A stretch of DNA of 64,000 bases from Octopus sinensis (GCF_006345805.1 NC_042997.1:99510001-99574000); one strand, 5' to 3'; positions 27,353-43,291 are shown, numbered from the stretch's first letter. Notes: a model not told the origin generated them from the letters alone. Program-made: numbers and translations.

Positions 27353-28454
27353 TAGATAATGTAATTATATATACATTTAAAACAGACGAAATAGCCACGA
27401 GTGAAATGTATTTAGTCAGACGTCAACTTGACCGAGGTTCCTTTTCTATTTACAGTACATAAGTTTAACATAGAATACTCCCCTCTTGGGTCCAAACTAT
27501 CTTATGAAACATTTAGCCTTCGTCTTCTTGAATGCAGGGTCAATTTTCGAAGCATATTCTAAGGAAGAAAAGTAACGCCCTCCACACTGGAAAATATAGT
27601 TAGAGTTTATATTAAGATTACAAAGTGATTTAAGCATAAGCTTTTTTTCGGTTTCCGTGACGTTCGAGTAACTAAGATTTCAAAACAAAGAAAAAAGAAT
27701 GAAAGAAACACCGAACAGGATGTCAAGCTATCGCAAAGTTAAACTTCCAGCTGCCACTGATACCCATTTCCAGTGATAACTGGAGGTTTGACCTTGCAAC
27801 AACGTGAAATGAAACGCTTTGCCGAAGAACACAACTCTACATTTGACTTTTGAGAGGAATCCCACCAAATAAATTATTGTATTCCTAACACCTAATCCGC
27901 TATGCAAAGCGCCTTTACATGACAGAAAATACAGTAATTTTATCTAGCTCACTCAGCAAGGTGTTAACAGGTACCAAGCGAAAGCACGCCCTTGAACAAA
28001 GAGGGTGTGTTGTATAATTGGCATCATCGTTGCAGTACTGGTTTGTTGTTTTTTGTTTGGGTTTTTTTTTTCAATTCATCCCGTTGGCTTTGAGTAGGTT
28101 ATGGAAAAACCGTTCCAGTGTATTTAAATGTATTCTCTATGAAGTGAATACAATGAAATTGGTACCAGGATCATCAAGGAGTATTAAAAACAAAAGCTAA
28201 AACGTATAAAATAGCCAATTAGCAAATTGCGTTCATTAATCCTAATAGCAGTGTAATAACACACATTAGTCGTTTGCGCGTTCATCTTATCTTACATTCG
28301 TAAAATTAATGATTGCAAAGGGGAAAAAATCAAATAAAGAGGAAGAGGAGGAGGAAGAAGAGTAAGAGGAGGAGGACTTAACAGCTTCTACTTAATGTCA
28401 CTTAAACACCATTCCAATACAGAACGGGAATAATTAACAGACACTTTTTTGTGA

Positions 28455-28800
28455 TTATGATGATGATGGTGATGATGACGACGACGACGACAGCGGCGAT
28501 GATGATGATGTTGATGATGATGACGATGATGATGATGACGATGTTGATGAGATTGACGATAAGGATGGTGATGACAATGATGATTATATCATTATTATCA
28601 ATACACTGGTAGTCATTTTCAAGAAACAGTAACATCATCTTTGTTGGCAACAGGGTTATCATCATAATCATCATCATCATAATCATCATCATCATAACCT
28701 TCATTATAACCATTATAATCAACATAACCTCCATTATCATGATCATCAGCATCTTTATCTTCAGGAATCTCAATCATCATCGTCATCGTTGTCGTCGTCA
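28455..28800. repeat. Degenerate (GAT)n followed by (CAT)n microsatellites
   Basis: Directly visible. Confidence 0.85.
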
Positions 28801-28977
28801 AAACCCTGAACCGTTGTCTCCCCCACCTCTACCTCCTCCGCTTCCTTTCCCTACTCCCTGTCATATTCATCATTTTTACTGTTGTTGCCATCGTCTCGGT
28901 GATCGTATTGGTCACGATGACAATGTATGCACGGCAATGAAAACGTTGATCGTTATCATCGTAATAATGACCACAAC

Positions 28978-29904
<927 letters not shown>

Positions 29905-30602
29905 AATATAATAATAGAGATAATAATTATCACGATATGGAGAATTATGGGGTAGAAGTCAGAGAAGTTATGTTTAAACGTTTAATTTGTATAAATTTCT
30001 GATTTAATGGCTCTTTAAGTTTAGAGAAAATTTCGTGCTAATCACAAGATTCTTGGCGAAATTCTTGTTCAATTTGTCATCGTTCAACAATTTCTGAAGC
30101 CGTTTGTTTTATCTGAATCTGAGAGAAGGAAAACACAGCTTCCTCCTTTTGCTTTTTTGTTTTTGTTTTTGTTTTTTTTTTTGACATTTAATTTCATACA
30201 AGAAATCAAGTTAGGATACAGAAATAAACATACATACATGCATTCATACATACATACATACATACATACATACATACATACATACATACATACATACACA
30301 CATACATACATATTCATGTATACATACATACATATACATACATACATATACATACATACATACATACATATACATACATACATATACATACATACATACA
30401 CACATACATACATATTCATGTATACATACATACATACATACACACACAAAGATTGACTATGAAGGGAATCCAAGTAGGTCTGCTGTATAAAAAATATATA
30501 TGTATATATATATGTGTGTGTGTGTGTGAGAGAGTGTGTGAGTGTGTGTGTGCGAATTTATATATATCATATATTATATATATATTATATATATACTTAA
30601 TT

Positions 30603-31095
<493 letters not shown>

Positions 31096-31183
31096 TATAT
31101 ATATATATATATATACTTGATTGTTTATCATTTGAAAATTTGACCCTTCTTTCTCTTTTTATATGTATGCATACATATATATA

Positions 31184-31225
<42 letters not shown>

Positions 31226-31937
31226 TATATATTATATATATACATACTTGATTGTTATCATTTGAAAATTTGATCCTTCCTTCTCTTTTTACCTGTATAC
31301 ATACATACATGCATATATATATATATATATATATATTGTACACTATAACCCAAGGTTTTATCTGTTTATTTGAATACATTCATACATACATACATTCATA
31401 CATACATACATACATACATACATACATACATACATACGTACGTACGTACGTACATACATACATACATACATACATACATAATACATACATACATACATAC
31501 ATACATACATACATACATGCATACATATGATATAGCAGTCAGAGTTTTTTTTTTACAAGACAATATGCCACAATATATTTGCATTACGAAGAGTAACACC
31601 GACATTCGGGATATTTCACGAGATTGGAGTTTGTATTTGAGATTTGATAATGGTCAACTTCAAACTTAATCATGTTTTAGACTAGAAATGTTTAAAGTTG
31701 AAATGTAAACGTAGGAGACTGAATAGAATACAACAGTATTGTAAAAATAGTTGCTTCAAGAAAATTAGTATTTTAAATGTTCGAAAGTTCAGAATCATTT
31801 CACGAAGTGTAGCATAAAACTGGCGTCGAAAATCAAGCAATGGTTAAATGCTTTTCGTTTGTACAATGTTCTTGAAGACTACACGATACCATAAATCTCT
31901 CTATAGTATTTATAATTATCAACAAAATTAGTGTATA

Positions 31938-32328
31938 CTAGCAGTATCTCCCGGCGTTCCTCGGATTTGTTTTGACCCTTTAGAATTGGAATTTTTGAAG
32001 AAAAGTAAAAATTTGCATAAGTAGCTTGTTATTCTCTTTAAGTGAACATTTTTCTGGTTGAAATACATCGAAAAATGGCGATACAGCAGTCAAAAAATCG
32101 TAAAAAATAGGGATTTTCATAGAAAAAAAGCACCTTTTTGAAGTAAATAATTTTTGGTGTTAACATGGTCCGATTTGAATTTTCTTGTACGGAAGGAAGA
32201 GCAAGCCTTCTTCTATTATACTTTCAATTTTGGTCAATTTGCGCCGCGGGGTCCCGGATGACATAGTGTTAGTTGAAGGCTACCAAACCTGCCATACACA
32301 GACAACTTCAGCTTTATATAGAGAGAGA
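31938..32328 (-). mobile_element. Non-autonomous Helitron
   Basis: Reverse complement: A|TCTCTCTATATAAAG ... CCGAGGAACGCCGGG-AGATACTG-CTAG|T. Confidence 0.85.
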
Positions 32329-32751
32329 TTAAGCGTCAAGTCTGTGACATCTGTACGACACAGACTTATGGACATGATATCCCCCCGATGTATCACTGAT
32401 TTTCAAGTCGATCGCCTGTTAAAATCAGTGCTAGATATATGCGATACGTTATATGAATTTCTTCATATATTTAAATGTTTCTCACATTTTATTGCTACAT
32501 TTACGGAAATATTTCTTATTTATTTACACAATTTTAATATGTTTTTATTCAATTCTTAATAGAAAAGAACATAAGAATAAGATGGTCATAAAAGAATAAT
32601 ATAGTTTTCTTAATTGTATCTTCTTAAAACAAAACTGTCTAAAACTAAGTAAACACATTCGAAAAATCGATACCGTTATTCATGATTCAAGAATCATTTG
32701 ACTATCTATCCTGATCGATGAGCAAATACATAACCACACGCACACAGACAC

Positions 32752-32786
<35 letters not shown>

Positions 32787-32802
32787 CCACACACACACAC
32801 AC

Positions 32803-32837
<35 letters not shown>

Positions 32838-33054
32838 TATACTATAAGAGAAACAAATTGAAAAAAAACGTATAGAGTCTATAATATGTGATATTTTACT
32901 GATGCAATTTTATAATTAAATGTGGTAACTAACCAACTATGCAAGAACACTAGCAAGACATTACTGTCCACGGTCATAACGGTTTGTAAACATAAATGGG
33001 AAGAAAGTTCCATTTGCCAGCGCCCTCTGTCCTCTTGAGGTTAAGCAAGAGGAT

Positions 33055-33089
33055 TTAATAGCTTAGCAGTCTCGCAAACACTATTGCTG
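33055..33089 (-). CDS. Candidate terminal exon of the minus-strand gene (AIVFARLLSY*)
   Basis: Strong acceptor TCGTTTCCTCAG; phase compatible with 34386-34451. Short, so chance is likely. Confidence 0.18.
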
Positions 33090-33212
33090 CTGAGGAAACG
33101 AACAAGATATAAAAGCAATTAAAGATAACTGGTGTTTATTCGGCTTAAGTATTTCGTGATGGTAAATTTTCTTTATCTCACTCTCTTCCCCGTCAATCCC
33201 TCTCTCTCTCCC

Positions 33213-33302
<90 letters not shown>

Positions 33303-33538
33303 TATATATATAATATATATATATATATAATATATATATATATATATAAATATTAGGGATAAATCCAAATTTACAGGGAAAAAATCCGATTTAGGATTAA
33401 ATCCAATTTTATAGTAAGATTGTCGATCAAGACAAGAAACAATTGTAGTGGCGGTTTTTTTGACTATTTATTAAAATTTTATGTATTGATTAAGTCTTTC
33501 CTTGTTTGTTTTGCAAAATAGTGGTTTTGTCTCTAATA

Positions 33539-33617
<79 letters not shown>

Positions 33618-33760
33618 TGTCTATGAGCGTGTGTGTGTATGTATATATATATATATATATATATACGTATATGTGTGTATACAGCTACATATATGTATGT
33701 GCATATATATGTGTGTGTGTGTGTGTGTGTATTTACAGATAAATAGATAGATAGATAGAT

Positions 33761-33850
<90 letters not shown>

Positions 33851-34385
33851 CCATAAGTGAATAGTGTATTCTCGTTTAACTTTTCCACCGGGGAAATAAC
33901 TAAGATAAGTACTGGAAGCTGTTCTAATTGCTTTTTCTATCGCAGATTGAAGACAGAGAAATGAAAAATACGTCGAAACGTAACTGTGTTCCTTTTAGCT
34001 ATGTAGCTAAACTACCTAACAAGATAGTTCAATTCAACAATGCTGTGTCATTATTATCACACTGCGTGAAGCATGCCAGAAACAAGGTGCTTGTCATACC
34101 AATTTTTCCACATATACGAAATAATATATTTAAATGACAGCCAATATATTGGTGATTTCTTGTTCACTTTGACACGACACTCGAATTTCCGAAGAACTCT
34201 ATCGAAACTACAGTCCACCAGTCCCTAGACAGACATCATGAAGACAGATGAAAGTCAAGATGTTAAACACGCACACACACATAAGTTTCGAAACGATCGT
34301 TGTGCTAAGTAAAGCTTCTAGTTACACTCTGTCTTCGGAATCAATCATTTAAAATATAGCCAACATGCACCTAGGAATTCCTCAC

Positions 34386-34451
34386 GTAGATCCAGCGACG
34401 AAAGCGCAATAACACGGATGACGCTTGGCAGCCATAAGTGGTGAACTTGCT
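34386..34451 (-). CDS. Candidate exon (QVHHLWLPSVIRVIALSSLDL)
   Basis: Acceptor TGCTTGCAG, donor GTGAGG; phase 1/1 fits the 36141 exon. All three frames are open, so not discriminating. Confidence 0.25.
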
Positions 34452-34623
34452 CTGCAAGCACATGACCTGGGACTTGCCCGAAACATATATTTATAAATGT
34501 TTCATCCACTCTATTGCACACTATTATTATTATTATTATTATTATTATTATCATTATTATTACTATTAATATTATTATTATTATTATATTATTATTATAT
34601 TATATTATTATTATTATTATTAC

Positions 34624-34985
34624 TATTTCATTGTCTTTGCACAGCTTCTAACGCTGGAGATGTACTACGGTATCAGCTGGTCACTACCAGGTAACTACGG
34701 TAACACCCCTTATTTTTCGAGCACCATCCGGAGTATTCGAGCGGTTCCAAGCAGTGCTGTTTTCTGCAAGTGCTCCACTTTTGTTCCATGTACTTCTCAA
34801 GATTTTTACTCACTGTTCCCAGGGCTCGGACAATTATTGGTACTACCACCACCTTTTCAGCGACCGCAACTGCTTAACCTCCCATGCTAACCTGTCATAT
34901 CTATCGACTTTTCTGTCTTCCTTCTCGCATACTTTGTTGTCAGCAGGGCATGCTATATCTATGATCCTGCATCGTTTTCCTAAAT
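34624..34985 (-). mobile_element. 3' fragment of a second R4/Dong-like RLE element
   Basis: Reverse complement encodes RIIDIACPADNKVCEKEDRKVDRY...ALGTV...ARILRMVL; the 3' end abuts the (TTA)n tract at 34522-34623. Confidence 0.8.
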
Positions 34986-34999
34986 ATATCCATTTCCTT

Positions 35000-35039
35000 T
35001 TAGCGTAATTTAGACGACTGTTTATTCATCGCACCCTGT
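35000..35039. mobile_element. Solo end of the maT-like family
   Basis: GCGTAATTTAGACGACTGTTTATTCATCGCACCCTG|TA is nearly identical to 43202-43239. Confidence 0.7.
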
Positions 35040-35135
35040 ATGTATGTATGTATGTATGTAGGTATGTATGTATGTATGTATGTATGTATGTATGTATGTA
35101 TGTAGGTATGTATGTATGTATGTATGTATGTATGT

Positions 35136-35264
<129 letters not shown>

Positions 35265-36140
35265 ATATATAATGTAATTTAGATTCAGTGGAATTAGGTA
35301 CTCAAATTGAGGCACCTTGTTAGGAATTGACACTTATACATCTTTGTTATTCATTTATATATATTATATATATATATATAATATATATATATATAATATA
35401 TTATATATATATATATAATTGGAGGTGTATAGTATAGTGGTTATGGTGTTGGATTTTTATTATTATTTCTGCTTTGGTAAGGTGCGTTACCTATCGCTCG
35501 TTTCATTTTTAAAAATTACTAAATTGAATAGATTTTAGGCGTGACTTTCTCTCTTTCTTGTTTTTGTTGGGGGCGGCATTTACTCCTCTTTTTTTGTCGT
35601 TAGACATTTCAAATATGGCGACTAAGACAGTACGCGATTTAAAAATTACAAAAAGAAAAATTGAAACAAACGTCATGCGAACGCAATAACAGATATTTGC
35701 ACTTCAAAATTTATACAGGAAGATCCAATTTTCACTGGAAAATGCATTTTGCGCTATGACATACACAGTTCGCCCAGAAAGCTAAAGGAGAAAATAACAC
35801 CAACAAAAATTCCTCTTTTATTTCTGTTCCCAATAACAAGGAGATTTGCTAATGAATGAACTAGCAAAGGAAAGGGTGGCGTAGTGCAAATATGTGTCTC
35901 AATCAAATACTTTCTGTGCCAGAGGTTCTTATCCCGGGATGGCGAAGGATGAGAGTAACCTACCTTTACTTCGCCAATCGAGGTTTTTTTTTCAGTTACC
36001 GTGAAAAGAAATATTGAAAAAAACCTGGTTGTTATATGGAAAGACAGTTTCCATCGAGCACACCAAAATAAAGAAAAATATTAGCCTTTTCTTCAAGACC
36101 AAGGATGATATGAACGAAGCGGTGATAATACTAAGCTTAC

Positions 36141-36303
36141 CTCTCATTTGTCTCATAACATAATACATTGACTGGGACAACACAAACATATCAGAGACAT
36201 TAGCAATGGCACTGATACCTGACTCGTTGTTGACTTTGTAGCGTAACACTTGTGGTGACATTGCTCCCTGGCTCTTATCAGCTTTGCCGTGGAAATGGGC
36301 AGG
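36141..36303 (-). CDS. Internal exon of an unrecognised gene (PAHFHGKADK...SMYYVMRQMR)
   Basis: Acceptor CTCTGCATTCTCAG, donor GAG|GTAAGC; 163 nt, open in phase 0; raised GC. Confidence 0.55.
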
Positions 36304-36361
36304 CTGAGAATGCAGAGATCACGAGAAATAACGCGGTCAGGAAAAGTCAATATAGACTTAC

Positions 36362-36478
36362 AAGTCCTTTTGACTTCCGAATAGCCACAGAAACGAAAAA
36401 CAATGAGACAGTTGGTACAAGGCAAGCGTGCCCAACTGTTATACATTGATAGTAATAACTACTTGAGGACTTTCTACT
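36362..36478 (-). CDS. Internal exon (SRKSSSSYYYQCITVGHACLVPTVSLFFVSVAIRKSKGL)
   Basis: Strong acceptor TTTCTAGCTTTTCAG, donor GTAAGT; 117 nt; the only open frame is phase 0/0 and joins 36303 across a 58-nt GT-AG intron. Confidence 0.55.
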
Positions 36479-37918
36479 CTGAAAAGCTAGAAAGATAGAA
36501 AGAAAATTTTAAGATAGAAAGACAGAAAGAAAATTTTAGGATGGCAGCTTCTGTGTAAATTGTGACAACTGTCGATGTCTCAAGACGATTCGTTCTTGAT
36601 CCCTCAGGCGAACGATGTCTAAGCTCCTTCTACCAACCATACCCGCTTCATTCACTTGTGGGATAGGGAACGTTTGAAGGCTGGTTAGAAGCGTCATTGA
36701 AAGGCATACCATTTATTACGACGTTGAAGGTTTTATTTATGCGTTGTTCATAAATAGAGGGTGGTAGACAACAAAAGTGCTTTCTTGTTTTGAGCAATCA
36801 TTTTGACTTTGCGCAACTAAAGGAGACACGATTTACATGACTCTGCTGGGGGTGTTTTTGAGGTTTATGCCCATGGTTGTAGTGTAGGTTTTTACATAAG
36901 GTATCTCAGTTTCATTATTGCATTGAACTAATACTTTATTACACAACAATACACCGCATTGCATTGTACTATCTCGTAGTTACTTTCGTAAACACTTCGT
37001 CGATGGACTGTGCACAAAAACATTAACAGCCGCGATCATAACTACAACCAGAACATTAATAACATCGCTATCATCAGCAGCCTCTATATATTGCAACCGT
37101 TGACAAACTTCATTCTTTCCCTCTTGAATTTCAGTAAATAATAGTTGGGTATCGATTTTGATAAAGGAAGATGAATTCTAGATCATTTCGAGTTATAGTT
37201 GTTATGATTTCTGAATAATTGAATTAGCAATAATGATCTAGAGACAATTCTTTCCTGGAACAGCGAAAGAACGGCGGTGTTTCTTTGATGATTTGTCTTT
37301 GAATTGAGTTCTCTGGGAATCGCAGCGGAAATTACATTTTAGTGTGAACAGTTATATGTTAAGACAACGAGCATTAATGGCTTGCTTAGGCAGACACAAA
37401 GTAACTACGTAGGTGTGCATATATGTGTAAACACGTGTATGTATATGTATGCGTGAGTGTATCTATACGTATACATATGAGTGTTTGTGCACATATAGCT
37501 ACGTATGTGAGTGTATAAATGTATATATATATCGTGCTCTTGGAATTTATTTAGATGTTTTGCTTTCAACAAAATCGTCATCGTCATCAATATCACTATT
37601 ATTGTCATTATCATCATTGTCGTCGTCGTCATCATCATCATCATCATCAACATTATTCATGGTGTGAAAATACATCGGGAGTTTCATTTCTTGAAACAGG
37701 CATAGAAAATCTCGAGGTCAATAAGGACTTTCATAAATAACAAAAATTATTCAAGATTAATAAGAATATTCAATGAAAAACATACTTAGAAAATATTTAG
37801 AACTCACATGGTTGTCCAACGTTATCGAAAATGTTTTGGATTTAGAAATATATCTCACGTTTAAAAACTGTTCAAAATTAACAAATTCTGAGTAAGAATG
37901 TTTCTCTCTCTCTTTCTT

Positions 37919-37956
<38 letters not shown>

Positions 37957-38297
37957 CCTCAATGCTTAGAGATATCAGTAAAGCTTTTTTTTTAATAAGT
38001 TCCTTTGCATGTGCATCTTTACGGGTAATCTGTCAACGTCGTTGCAGAAACGGATGTGTATCACTCAAGTTGTACCTCTTAAAAACGTGATGATATATTT
38101 TAGCTGTTGTTGTGGTAACGATAGTATTGCTAATGTGGTGGTGGTGACGCAGTTATCTACTCATATCCCCAATACACGGTTTCTGATCTTGTTGATTATG
38201 TTGCAGTATCTTCTTAAACATAGAAAGTGCAAAATTTGGGAAATCCTTGAAATGGTATAAACACCTGTTTATCATGCCACCTTGCCCGTTGTTGTTT

Positions 38298-38364
<67 letters not shown>

Positions 38365-38964
38365 AAGCAGCATTTGTTGTTGTTTTTGCTGGTGTTGCTA
38401 GTTAAATCTTTAATTAAATCGGTATAAATTCTTAATAAACTGCAGAATTGTCAAACTCTATCCCCTGAAGTTCTGAATCATATGCTCGGATTTTTTACCT
38501 GCACAGTCAAGCCTACGCTAATACTCTTTTTGTGTTAGCTTACTTCCCTCACTTAGGTGATGGCTTAAACTTTCGTCCACTTTTCCATTTATTCTGTATT
38601 TGCTCTCTGACCGCGTGCCCTCTTCATCAAATTCACACTAATGGCTAGTTCCTGAGGGTGAAACAGAAAGGGGGGAACATTCGAGCAGAAAAAGGGTAGG
38701 GAGACCGAGTAGTGGAGTGGACAACAACAGTTCTAAGGACAGAGAAAAAGAGAGGGAGAAAGAAATGTTGTCACATTTCTGATTTCGATTTTGTACCTCT
38801 CTTCCATCTTTTACGGTATTATTATAAGCCAATGCAGTATTTTTCACGAGTTCTAATTATTTATGCCTCTACAACATCCTTTCTCTCTCTTTTCACTTCC
38901 CTGTTCTACACACACACACACACACGTATACACACGCGCGCGTATACATACATACATATATATA

Positions 38965-39055
<91 letters not shown>

Positions 39056-39278
39056 AGGCCGCCCAGTAGTCTCTGATATGAAACATACGTAGAATATTAG
39101 CTGTAATTCCCATTTGTGACAATCTTGTAGATAATATTTTAATATATTTAAGAACTTAATACTTTACAGTGTTTTATAGACGTGGAATGCTTAGATTAGA
39201 ACAGTCTAACAATATTCTATGTATAGTCCGTTGATTACGAACGTCTGAAGTGATTGATGACCATAAATCTTGGCTTAC

Positions 39279-39379
39279 GTATGCCGTAATATATCTTGTA
39301 CGAAATATTAATTCTCTTAGCTTTGCGCTAACATTAGAATCGACATTTCGTACCAAACTATTACCATAACAATTTGTCT
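39279..39379 (-). CDS. Candidate exon (TNCYGNSLVRNVDSNVSAKLRELIFRTRYITAY)
   Basis: Acceptor TTTTTACATTTCAG, donor GTAAGC; single open frame, phase 1/0, fits the neighbours. Confidence 0.4.
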
Positions 39380-40348
39380 CTGAAATGTAAAAATACACGC
39401 ATTAAACATACATGTATGTAATGATGGATAATTTGACGATCAAATATGTGTATGTATGTTTGCTTGTTTTATGTATGAACAAATGGATGGATGGATGGAT
39501 AGATGGATGGATACAAATAAAATTGCTAGGGATAGCATGCATGTATGCAGATGGATATGAATGCATATGTAGTAACTACTGCTATACATAATTACTAAAT
39601 AATTCTAATAGTGACTCTTATTATGGATCCTGGTTATGTGAACAGCACTAGAGTTCGTTTTCTTGAGGAACATATACCTCTTTCTGTTTATCACTTTCTC
39701 TCGCCATACACGTACATTCAAAACCTCACGATATACGTATGTGTTTGTGAGTCCGCGCGAGTGTGCACGCGTGTGCTTGTGTGCGTGCGTGTGTGTACTA
39801 CTTTCATTTTAAAATTTCTTGAAATATCTAAACTGAAGATGTTGAACAAGAGATAAATTCCTTTTTATCTACTATGTAACGATCTGAAACTCGCGTAATA
39901 AATGCATTCAAAATATCATTACTTGAATTGTTTTCATTAAGTGTGTGTGGTATATAATATACATATATATATAGCCATCCATTCGTCCATCCATCCATCC
40001 ATACATACATATATACATACATACATGCATACATACATACATACATACATACATACATACATACATACATACATACACGGTGGCTATCTTTTCGGGTTCG
40101 ATAAAATAAGTACCGTTTACCCCACCCACCAAAATTGCTGGACTTGTGTCAAAATTTGAAACCAATGTTATCTCCTCGAATAACCGTTTGGCCAGTATTT
40201 TAGACTATATTGTTTTCATTTCAGGAGCATACTGACTTAAATATGTGATCTTCCTTTTAAAGGCAACAGAGAGTTTTACACCCGAGTGATTTAGCTATTA
40301 TTACATTAATAAGGTGAAGCAACTACACAAAAACTTCCCTTCCCAGCT

Positions 40349-40559
40349 TGAAAGGGTGCTGAAAAGTTCCTGGCTCTGGGTAAAAGAAAATACAGGAGAA
40401 TCAATCAATTATGATTTTATTCAACATATTCCCCTCTCAGATTCACACACTTATTGCAGTGGTCCTTCAGTTTTTCTAAACCCTGTAAAAGAACTGGGAA
40501 GGTTGGGCTTCCAACAAGGCCTTTCGCGATACTCTTAAAGCCAGAAACTTTTCAACATC
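40349..40559. mobile_element. Mariner-type MITE
   Basis: Inverted ends GGTGCTGAAAAGTTCCTGGCT and AGCCAGAAACTTTTCAACATC. Confidence 0.65.
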
Positions 40560-40752
40560 AGACACACACACATACGTATATATACGTATATTAGCTGGCA
40601 TTCCTGAAATTAAATATTCGCTCAAGATAAATAAATCAAAAGAAATAAATCGTTTTTGCGAATAAATCGTTTTTGTACATGTTGTTTAATTCGTAGCCAG
40701 TCCACACCGGGCAGACCTATGACCAAATGTGTTCAATCTGTTGTTTTTTTAT

Positions 40753-41046
40753 GTTACGACCGGGCCATCAGATTTTGCTACACATCGGTGGTCACAATGC
40801 GCTTCGATTTGTTTTAGCCTTCAATGACGACACCCCGATGACTAAGCGAGCAGGCTAATAGAAGAAAGAGTGAGAGAGAGGTGTGGTGAAAGAGTACAGC
40901 AGGAATCACCACCACCCCCTGCCGGAGCCTCGTGGAGATTTAGGTGTTTTCGCTCTATAAACACTCACAACACCCGGTCTCGGAATCGAAACCACGATCC
41001 TGCGACCGTGAGTCCGCTGCCCTAACCGCTGGGCCATTGCGCCTCC
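40753..41046 (-). mobile_element. tRNA-derived SINE family C, inserted in a family F copy (40679-41180)
   Basis: Reverse-complement head GGAGGCGCAATGGCCCAGCGGTTAGGGCAGCGGACTC...GGTTTCGATTCC with A and B boxes. Confidence 0.8.
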
Positions 41047-41437
41047 ACGGTATTTTTATGTAATTTATATATATCCAGATCGACAGTGGTCACTGTGTTC
41101 TTTCTCTTTTAAGACATTAAAGTGGTTTGAGACCGATTTGGTTGTTGTTTCTAGCAAGTCGAGCAATAGCGGTTCCCTCGTGTATTTTAAAATATTGGAT
41201 GTTTTAGTGGTACAGTTATTTCTCAACAAATTAGTTTGGTGACGCCATTTTGATTGCAAGTAGTCGGAAACATTTCGGTTGTATCACTAATAACGTTGAG
41301 AAAAGGAAAGAATTTACAGATTCCTAATCCCATACTATCGCAAATCATTCGGAAACATCAGGACTCGATTGAGGCGTCGCTTAATTCCATTTCCTATGGA
41401 ATTAAGCGTGTGATTGATTGATGCCTGTATGTCTTAC

Positions 41438-41579
41438 TTGATCGCGAATAACTTTCCCCCGAGTGCAATTCAATTCGATAATACAAGCCAAAGAAACAGT
41501 TATCGGTTTTTATAAATCTAGTACCGCTGACAATGGTGGACGTCACCACATTGTAGAAGCTATATATGCATAGGTGAAG
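41438..41579 (-). CDS. Candidate exon (LHLCIYSFYNVVTS...HSGESYSRS)
   Basis: Donor GTAAGA; open frame ending in phase 1; acceptor ambiguous (exon start 41579 phase 0, or 41559 phase 2). Confidence 0.33.
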
Positions 41580-41733
41580 CTAAGTGTCTTAACACATGTC
41601 AAAATATACAAACACCGAACCTTCAGTTTTTTGTCAAGTAACTCCGTCCACTCAGTTATTACATTGTGTAAGCCTCAGATTTCCTATCTTTATTTCTTCA
41701 CTTTTTATTTTCTCTCAAGTTACTCTCTTAGTC

Positions 41734-41815
<82 letters not shown>

Positions 41816-41917
41816 TCTCTCTCCCTCTCTCTCTCCCTCTCTCTCTCCCTCTCTCTCTCCCTCTCTCTCTCTCTCTCTCGCACACATCATATGTATGTGT
41901 ATGTCTGTGTGTATGTA

Positions 41918-41951
<34 letters not shown>

Positions 41952-43237
41952 CAAGGTGAGATGGGTACACTGTCACCATTTTGTATTTTTAATAACGCGC
42001 AAGCGCACTGTTTTTGATTTTGTCGACTACACAGTATAGTAGGGTCGGTTGAGCACCGTCTGTGAGAAAAACAGCACCATAACGCAATTCACTTTGCCAG
42101 AAATTTGGAAACGACATGCTGTACTGTTTAGCATTCGCGCCGGAAGCTCCAATATGAACATTTCAGAGTGTTTGGGTGTCAAGTTGCGGACTGTGCAATC
42201 TGAGGACATGTACTGAGATTGATAAGAATCAAATATCTAGTCAACATCATGGTGATCACTAGTGACGGCGAGGTTATGTCTCCATTCATCTTCCCACAAG
42301 GCTTCAGATTCAACACGGTAGCCTACATCAAATGTCTGGAGGAGGTAGTGCTGCCCCGAGTCAAGAGCGTAGCTGCTGGAGGACCCTATGTCTGGCAACA
42401 GGACTCTGCAGCATGTCATTCAAGCAGAACCCAGTAATGGCTCTCGGACAATTTCTATGACCACATCACCCCCTAACATCTGCTCACCTAACTCCCCAGA
42501 CTGCAACCCCTTTGATTTTTATGTGTGGGGCGCAGTTGAGCGAAAGACCAACGAAACTCCTTGTAACACCAAAGATGAACTGAAGGTAAGGATTATGGCA
42601 CCATTTACCAACTTAAACAAGGAGACCATCCAGAACAGTTGCAGGAGATTCCGAAGTCGGCTGGAGGCCGTGGTTCAAGCCAATGGCGATTTTATTGAAT
42701 AAAATTACTTTTTAGTATTTCAAGATATTTTTATGTAATTTTGGTACATATATAGGCGCAGGAGTGGCTGTGTGGTAAGTAGCTTGCTTACAAACCGCAT
42801 GGTTCCGGGTTCAGTCCCACTGCGTGGCACCTTGGGCAAGTGTCTTCTACTATAGCCTCGGGCCGACCAAAGCCTTGTGAGTGGATTTGGTAGACGGAAA
42901 CTGAAAGAAGCCCGTCGTATATATGTATATATATATATGCGTGTGTGTGTTTGTGAGTCTGTGTTTGTCCCCCTAGCATTGCTTGACAACCGATGCTGGT
43001 GTGTTTATGTCCCCGTTACCTAGCGGTTCGGCAAAAGAGACCGATAGAATAAGTACTGGGCTTACAAAAGAATAAGTCCCGGGGTCGAGTTGCTCGATTA
43101 AAGGTGGTGCTCCAGCATGGCCGCAGTCAAATGACTGAAACAAGTAAAAGAGTAAAAGAGTATATCTGTTAAAATGAGATGTCAGTGTTATTTACATTTT
43201 TGCGTAATTTAGACGACAGTTTATTCACCGCACCCTA
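41952..43237 (+). mobile_element. Internally deleted Tc1/mariner-superfamily element (maT/DD37D-like) interrupted by a SINE
   Basis: YVWQQDSA..H and SPNSPDCNPFDFYVWG motifs with D-D spacing of about 36-37; imperfect TIRs CAAGGTGAGATGGGTACACTGTC and (rc) TAGGGTGCGGTGAATAAACTGTC; TA flanks. Confidence 0.85.
42755..43160 (+). mobile_element. Full-length tRNA-derived SINE family A
   Basis: Head GGCGCAGGAGTGGCTGTGTGGTAAG...GGGTTCAGTCCC; CORE-like CCTTGGGCAAGT; internal TA/TG tract; (GTAAAAGA)n tail; several copies in the window. Confidence 0.9.
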
Positions 43238-43242
43238 TATAT

Positions 43243-43291
<49 letters not shown>

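Noticed and set aside
32338-32430. Two 9-10 bp hairpins beside the Helitron 5' end
   Set aside because: Short stems with no second copy seen; no function or family can be supported.
35765-35781. 17-nt microexon candidate with strong splice sites
   Set aside because: Too short to separate from chance without RNA data.
38544-38633. Possible minus-strand exon CEFDEEGTRSESK...
   Set aside because: The strong acceptor gives stops in all three frames. The open version needs a weak acceptor and does not fit the phase of the best downstream acceptor.
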